DNA of 64,000 bases from Vulcanimicrobiota bacterium (GTDB lineage Bacteria; Vulcanimicrobiota; Vulcanimicrobiia; Vulcanimicrobiales; Vulcanimicrobiaceae), in NCBI GenBank assembly GCA_963714015.1, contig OY970223.1, positions 1,056,001 to 1,120,000 on the forward strand, written 5' to 3'. Positions 58,978-64,000 of the stretch are shown here, piece after piece. The notes under the pieces were generated by a model. It had not been told where the DNA came from and made no database searches. It saw nothing but the letters and a program-made list of their open reading frames with translations. The translations under genes were made by a program, and so were the position numbers. Within the stretch, counting starts at the first letter, position 1, and every line of letters starts with the position of its first letter.

Positions 58978-59406
58978 ATGCTAGCCGAACTTTCCATGGC
59001 CGCCGGTCTTTTCGCGCAGACTTTCTCCGGTTCGTGGACCTGTCATAGTCAAGGGACGGACGTGCCGTGGAGCATCGCTTATGCGCCCGGGTCGAACTGG
59101 ACGACCGTACGCTGGAGCGATCAATCTTCCGATCGCGGCGGCATCGCCTACGTCGGTTACATTCCGGCCCTCAGGCACTGGATCTACGAAGACTTTCACT
59201 ACGATGGTTCTTATGCCGTCAATACGTCGGACGGTCCCCAAAACGGAACGTGGACCTGGGAAGGGACGTTCTATACCGGTGAGCGCACGATGCACGGACG
59301 CATCTTGTGGAAGCTTTCATCACCTGCGCGCATCGATCGCACGTTCATGGTGCTTGCCGGCGGCAAGGCCACACCTTCGGGCGCGGACTACTGCACGAAA
59401 AACTAG
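58978..59406 (+). CDS. Secreted hypothetical beta-barrel protein
   Basis: RBS GGAGG; GSWTC...YCTK with a likely disulfide. Confidence 0.6.
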   Translation: MLAELSMAAGLFAQTFSGSWTCHSQGTDVPWSIAYAPGSNWTTVRWSDQSSDRGGIAYVGYIPALRHWIYEDFHYDGSYAVNTSDGPQNGTWTWEGTFYTGERTMHGRILWKLSSPARIDRTFMVLAGGKATPSGADYCTKN

Positions 59407-59412
59407 AAACGG

Positions 59413-60033
59413 CTAAGCCGTGCGCCGGCGTACCGCCCCTTCGATCGCGCGCAAGAGCAAGTCTGCGGCAATTGCCAAGAGCGCGGCCGGAACGCTTCCG
59501 GCCAGGGTTTCTGCAACGTACTGACGCTCGAGACCGAAGAATATCTCCGTCCCCAATCCTCCCGCTCCCGCGTAACCGCCGAGCGTCGCGATCGCGATCA
59601 GCGCGACTGTCGCCAGCCGCAAACCGCCCAAAAATACCGGCGCGGCCAACGGTACCTGCACGCGAATGAACGACTGACGCTCCGACATTCCGAGCCCGCG
59701 CGCCGCATCGATCTGGTCGCTCGGCACGCCGTTTAAACCCACGGCGATCGCGCGCACCAGCATGAATTGCGCGTACGCCGCAAGGACGAGCACTACGGGC
59801 CAGAAGCCAAGCCCCAAATAGCGCACTGCAAGAGCGAGAAGCGCAAGCGACGGTATCGTGTATATCACGCCCGCGCCGCCGAAGACGATTGGCGCGGTCC
59901 TCGCGTTTTTAGCCGCTGCAATTCCCGCCGGTATCGCGATCAGCAGTGCGATCGAGAGCGCCGCAGCAACCAGCTCTACGTGCTGAAGGGTCAGCGCTCC
60001 GATGAACCGGAGGTGACCCAGCGCGTAGCTCAC
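59413..60033 (-). CDS. Osmoprotectant ABC transporter permease
   Basis: TIPSLALL, DAARGLGMS (EAA loop), GAGGLG. Confidence 0.88.
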   Translation of the reverse strand: MSYALGHLRFIGALTLQHVELVAAALSIALLIAIPAGIAAAKNARTAPIVFGGAGVIYTIPSLALLALAVRYLGLGFWPVVLVLAAYAQFMLVRAIAVGLNGVPSDQIDAARGLGMSERQSFIRVQVPLAAPVFLGGLRLATVALIAIATLGGYAGAGGLGTEIFFGLERQYVAETLAGSVPAALLAIAADLLLRAIEGAVRRRTA

Positions 60034-60983
60034 CGGCACAGAACCCGGCGCACGTCGTCGAATTCCAGCACACCGTGCGAGGTGCCGTTGCTCTTCACAC
60101 ACAGACGCTGCGCGCCGGTCAAGAAGCAGTTGAGCGCCTCTCGCAGCGTTGCGCTCTCGGCGATTTCCGCGTCGCACGCCGCGTTATCGTCCTGACGCAT
60201 CGCCTCGTTCACGAACAACAGCCCGAGGCGACGCACGCGATCGCGCGCGCCCAGAAGATCTTCCACGTAGCGGTCTGCCGGCCGGCTGAGGATTGCGAGC
60301 GGCGTGTCGTATTGAACGACGACTCCGTCCCGCATCACGACGATACGGTCGGCCAAGCGCAATGCCTCGTCGACGTCGTGCGTGACGAAGAGGATCGTCG
60401 TTCGAAGCGTGCGCGCAATCCGCAACGTTTCATCCTGCAAGGCAGTGCGCACGATCGCATCGACGGCGCCGAAAGGCTCGTCCATAAGCAGTACGGCAGG
60501 CTGAGCGGCAAGCGCGCGGGCAACGCCGACGCGCTGCTGTTCCCCGCCGGAAAGCTCGCGCGGAAAGCGGCTCCGGTAGCGCTGCGGCTCCAAATTGACG
60601 AGCGCGAGCAGTTCGTCGACGCGCGCATCGATACGCGCCGTATTCCATCCAAGCAGCGACGGAACGGTAGCGACGTTCTCCGCAACGGTCATGTGGGAGA
60701 ACAGTCCTACGGCTTGAATGACGTAACCGATTCCGCGCCGCAGCGCGATCGGATCTTGCGAGGCGACGTCGCTCTCGCCGATCAGTACCCTGCCTGCGCA
60801 TGGCGTCACCAAACGATTGACCGTCCGCAGCAGCGTACTCTTCCCGCACCCGGAAGGGCCCAGCAGTACGGTGAAACTGCCGGCAGGAACCTCGAGCGAG
60901 ACGCCGTTTACGGCATTGCGATCGGCGCCCGGATACCGGACGGCGATGTCTTCAAATCGAACGAAGGAACTGGGCTGCGGCAT
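60030..60983 (-). CDS. Osmoprotectant ABC transporter ATPase (OpuA/ProV-like, partial CBS)
   Basis: GPSGCGKS, LSGGEQQR, LMDEPF, VTHD. Confidence 0.92.
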   Translation of the reverse strand: MPQPSSFVRFEDIAVRYPGADRNAVNGVSLEVPAGSFTVLLGPSGCGKSTLLRTVNRLVTPCAGRVLIGESDVASQDPIALRRGIGYVIQAVGLFSHMTVAENVATVPSLLGWNTARIDARVDELLALVNLEPQRYRSRFPRELSGGEQQRVGVARALAAQPAVLLMDEPFGAVDAIVRTALQDETLRIARTLRTTILFVTHDVDEALRLADRIVVMRDGVVVQYDTPLAILSRPADRYVEDLLGARDRVRRLGLLFVNEAMRQDDNAACDAEIAESATLREALNCFLTGAQRLCVKSNGTSHGVLEFDDVRRVLCR

Positions 60984-61830
60984 CGGTGGGATCCATCTTT
61001 TGCAAATCCACCTGCTGATTGAGACGGCGGACTGCAGCGTCGGTCAGATGCGGAGCGATCCGGTTCAGTACGGAAGCGATCCGCGTATTCGTCCGAAGCA
61101 CTTGCGCGCGAACCACCGGAGCGATGTTGTACGGAGGCCAGAAATGCCGGTCGTCTTCGAGCACGACGAAATCGTTCGAGACGAGCTGCGCATCCGTCGT
61201 GAAGGCCGTCGCGACGTCGGCACTTCCGCCGGTAAGCGCGGCGTACTGCAGTCCGATCGCATACGAGGCGACGCTCTTGAAGTTGAATCCCCCGTAGTAC
61301 TTCTGCAATCCGGGCAGCGCGTCCGCGCGTGCAAGAAACTCCGGAATGGCGGCAAACCGGAGCTGCGGCGCGAGTCGCGCACACTGCGAGAGCGTCCGCA
61401 AATTGTAGCGGCCGGAAACGGCGCGCGTCGTGGCGATGCCTTGTGAGTCGTTCGCGGGTGAGGGCGAAAGCCACAGCAGATCGTAGCGTTTGCGATACTC
61501 GCTGCGCACGCGCGTGAGGAGGGCGGCGGCGTCCCGCATCGGCGGGAGGTGAAGAACGTCGATGAGTGCGGTTCCCGTGTACTCGGGATAGACGTCGATG
61601 TCCGCGCGCAACATTGCTTCCGTTGCGATCTGCGTGCTTCCCAAATTCATGTGCCGTTCGACCGTCAATCCCACGCCTTCTAAAGCAGCCGCGTAGATTT
61701 CCGCAACGACGATGTCCTCGGTAAAATTCTTCGATCCGACGCGTATGACACCCGGTCGGCGTGAGGAGCAGGACGGCAGCGCTCCGGCGGCCAGCATCAG
61801 CGCGATCGCGGTCTTTCGATTAAGGCTCAA
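60952..61830 (-). CDS. Glycine betaine/choline-type substrate-binding lipoprotein
   Basis: TTG start at 61830, lipobox LPSC, GSKNFTE, YPEYTGT, LEDD..FWPPY. Confidence 0.85.
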   Translation of the reverse strand: MSLNRKTAIALMLAAGALPSCSSRRPGVIRVGSKNFTEDIVVAEIYAAALEGVGLTVERHMNLGSTQIATEAMLRADIDVYPEYTGTALIDVLHLPPMRDAAALLTRVRSEYRKRYDLLWLSPSPANDSQGIATTRAVSGRYNLRTLSQCARLAPQLRFAAIPEFLARADALPGLQKYYGGFNFKSVASYAIGLQYAALTGGSADVATAFTTDAQLVSNDFVVLEDDRHFWPPYNIAPVVRAQVLRTNTRIASVLNRIAPHLTDAAVRRLNQQVDLQKMDPTDAAAQFLRSI

Positions 61831-62433
61831 CGGGCGTGCGTCCTCATGCGCGAAGCAGCAGACTGCGAGTGCAAATTCGGTGAGCAATGCCAGCGCCGCG
61901 ACGGCGATTGCTCCGGTCCATAGTTGAGCGGGGACGTTCGCCTGCAGCCCGCTCTGAATATAGTCGCCCAGGCCGCCGGCGCCGATGAAGGACGCCAGCA
62001 CGGCGCTCGCCACGACCTCCGTGGCCGCGGTGCGAATCCCGGAGAAGACGACCGGAAACGCGAGCGGCCACTCGACCCGCACGAAGGTTTGTGCGCTTGT
62101 CATCCCCATGCCGCGGGCGACGTCCCTCGCTGCCGCCGGGACACCGCGCAGCGCCACGTCAGTCGTGATGACGATCGGCGCGACCGCGAGCAGCGTTATC
62201 GCCGCCAGCGCCGGCAAGAAGCCAACGCCGAAGAGCGGCAGCATGAACGTAAGCAGCGCGAGCGAGGGTACCACGCGCCCCAAGTTCGCCGCTCCCAGAA
62301 TCAACCCCCGAAGCGCAGGAAGGCGAGCGGCAAGAACGCCGAGCGGAACGCCGGCGGCACAACCGGCGGCAAGCGCAGTCGCGGCCAATTCGACATACTG
62401 CCGCACGTGAATCAGAAAATCGGGCCAATCCAT
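61827..62433 (-). CDS. Osmoprotectant ABC transporter permease (1-nt frameshift at about 61862 fuses it artificially to the SBP)
   Basis: VPSLALL, ARGMGMT, GAGGLG; removing one base gives ...SRMRTHAR* with a TTGA overlap onto the SBP start. Confidence 0.82.
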
Positions 62434-62479
62434 GAGGTCCCCTAGCATTTCCGCGCAGGCCGGCGAATCCCACGCCCTT

Positions 62480-64000
62480 ATGCTTTCGCGCCCCGAAGTG
62501 CTGCCCGCCGCCGAGCCCGCCTTACGAATCCTGGACGATCCTTCGCTCTACTTCAGCCGCGAACTCTCGTGGCTGGAATTCAACGATCGCGTGCTGGAGG
62601 AGGCGCTGGACGACCGGACGCCGCTGCTCGAGCGCATGAAGTTCCTGGCGATTTACGGCACCAACCTGGACGAGTATTTCATGATTCGGGTCGCGGCGAT
62701 CAAGCAGCAGATCGAGGCGCAGATTCACCGCCGTTCGGAAGACGGCCGCTTACCTTCCGAGCACTTGCTGGCCATTTCCGAGCGGCTGCGGGTCTCACTT
62801 GCCCGTCAAATGCATTTGCTCAACGACGTTCTACTGCCGGAGCTCCAGGAGCGCGGCATCCGGATCTTTCGCGTCGCGGAGTTGGACGAGGAGCGCAAGG
62901 CACAGCTCGAGCGCGCCTTCGACGACCAAGTCTTCCCGGTGTTGACTCCGCTGGCCGTCGACTCAGGCCACCCGTTTCCATACATTTCCAATCTCTCGCT
63001 CTCGCTCGCGGTCGAGCTGGAAGAAGTGACCGCCGACGGCGTCGAGCTGCACTTTGCACGGGTCAAGATTCCACAAACGCTGCCCCGGTTCGTTACGGTT
63101 GAACCTTCGGCCGTCGGCCAGCGATGGTTCGTTCTGCTCGAGGATCTGATAGCCCACCATCTGAGCGCGCTCTTCCCCGGAATGGAAGTTCGCGATTCCT
63201 ACTTGTTTCGCGTAACGCGCGATGCGGATTTGGATCTTCAAGAAGACGAAGCCGACGATCTACTGCGCGCGATCGAATCGGAGTTGCAGCGCCGCCGCTT
63301 CGGTGAGCCGGTCCGGCTGGAGATCGAACGGGGCATGCCGGAGTACATGCGCGAGCTGCTGCTCAAAGCGCTCGAACTCACGCCCATGGACTGCTACGAA
63401 ATCGACGGTCTGCTCGGGCTGGGCGATCTGTGGGCCGTCGCCGGTTTGAGCGACTACGAACATTTACACGATCCGCCTTTTACGCCGGCAATTCCGAAAC
63501 GCTTGATCGGCGTCACCGACATGTTCGCGGCAATCCGCGAATCCGATGTGCTGCTGCACCATCCGTACGACTCGTTCGACCCGGTGGTGCAATTCGTGCG
63601 GCAGGCGGCAGAAGACGAGGCGGTGCTCGCCATCAAGTCGACGCTGTACCGCACCTCCGGCAAGAATTCGCCGATCGTTCGAGCGCTGTTGGACGCTGCC
63701 GACAACGGCAAGCAGGTCGCCGTGCTGATCGAACTCAAGGCGCGTTTCGACGAAGAGAACAACATCGACTGGGCGCGGCGTTTGGAGCGCGCCGGCGTCC
63801 ACGTCGTTTACGGCTTTGCCGGCTTGAAGACGCACGCCAAAGCAACGCTCATCGTTCGCAAAGAAGATGACGGCATCCGGCGCTACATGCACTTCGGCAC
63901 CGGCAATTACAACGAAAAATCGGCGCGCTTGTATACCGACCTGAGTTTGTTCACGTGCCGCGGCGAGCTCGGCGCGGACGTCTCCCAGCTCTTCAACGCG
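62480..64000 (+). CDS. ppk1: Polyphosphate kinase 1 (partial; runs off the right edge)
   Basis: YFSRELSWLEFNDRVL, NLDEYFMIRVA, LTPLAVD.GHPFP, LHHPYDSF, ELKARFDEENNI, KTHAK, GTGNYN. Confidence 0.96.
   Translation, partial: MLSRPEVLPAAEPALRILDDPSLYFSRELSWLEFNDRVLEEALDDRTPLLERMKFLAIYGTNLDEYFMIRVAAIKQQIEAQIHRRSEDGRLPSEHLLAISERLRVSLARQMHLLNDVLLPELQERGIRIFRVAELDEERKAQLERAFDDQVFPVLTPLAVDSGHPFPYISNLSLSLAVELEEVTADGVELHFARVKIPQTLPRFVTVEPSAVGQRWFVLLEDLIAHHLSALFPGMEVRDSYLFRVTRDADLDLQEDEADDLLRAIESELQRRRFGEPVRLEIERGMPEYMRELLLKALELTPMDCYEIDGLLGLGDLWAVAGLSDYEHLHDPPFTPAIPKRLIGVTDMFAAIRESDVLLHHPYDSFDPVVQFVRQAAEDEAVLAIKSTLYRTSGKNSPIVRALLDAADNGKQVAVLIELKARFDEENNIDWARRLERAGVHVVYGFAGLKTHAKATLIVRKEDDGIRRYMHFGTGNYNEKSARLYTDLSLFTCRGELGADVSQLFNA

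Noticed and set aside
60952..62448. Apparent 498-aa permease-SBP fusion (EgtU/OpuAB-like architecture)
   Set aside because: An intact lipoprotein signal sits mid-ORF. Removing one base at CAGACTG (restoring CAGCTG) gives a stop overlapping a TTG start, so this is most likely a sequencing indel.
1..64000. Numerous long antisense or alternate-frame ORFs; searches by eye for tRNA, rRNA, riboswitch, CRISPR, IS and prophage
   Set aside because: Shadow ORFs are expected at high GC and lack motifs. No RNA gene, array or mobility gene was recognisable, though a covariance-model search (Infernal/Rfam) was not run.

Overview
A GC-rich, densely coding bacterial chromosome segment with about 60 genes. 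The gene set (diderm-type TonB-dependent receptor, many lipoproteins, Vgb-like propeller, SigK/RskA pair, A2-type caa3 oxidase) suggests a soil diderm such as Ca. Eremiobacterota/Vulcanimicrobiota; this is inference only. I found no rRNA, tRNA, CRISPR array, transposase or integrase. Recognisable modules: ECF sigma/anti-sigma with a GNAT and a divergent sirtuin; a translationally coupled GH20 / permease-PDZ / M20 / methyltransferase / hydantoinase-A operon; an FAD-oxidoreductase / HExxH mini-protein / sugar kinase / nanE operon; caa3 oxidase and ctaA-ctaB; prfC; a TonB-dependent receptor plus lipoprotein pair; ugtP-like glycosyltransferase with a fatty-acid-hydroxylase-family gene; egtD; an osmoprotectant ABC transporter; and ppk1 (partial). 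About eleven otherwise intact genes or segments carry small frameshifts, and about ten of these fall in or beside an AGCT tetranucleotide. That points to long-read base-calling errors at a modified (methylated) AGCT motif, not to pseudogenisation. The best candidate for new biology is the GH20 / permease-PDZ / stand-alone HyuA operon. All functional calls come from motif recognition by eye, without database searches.
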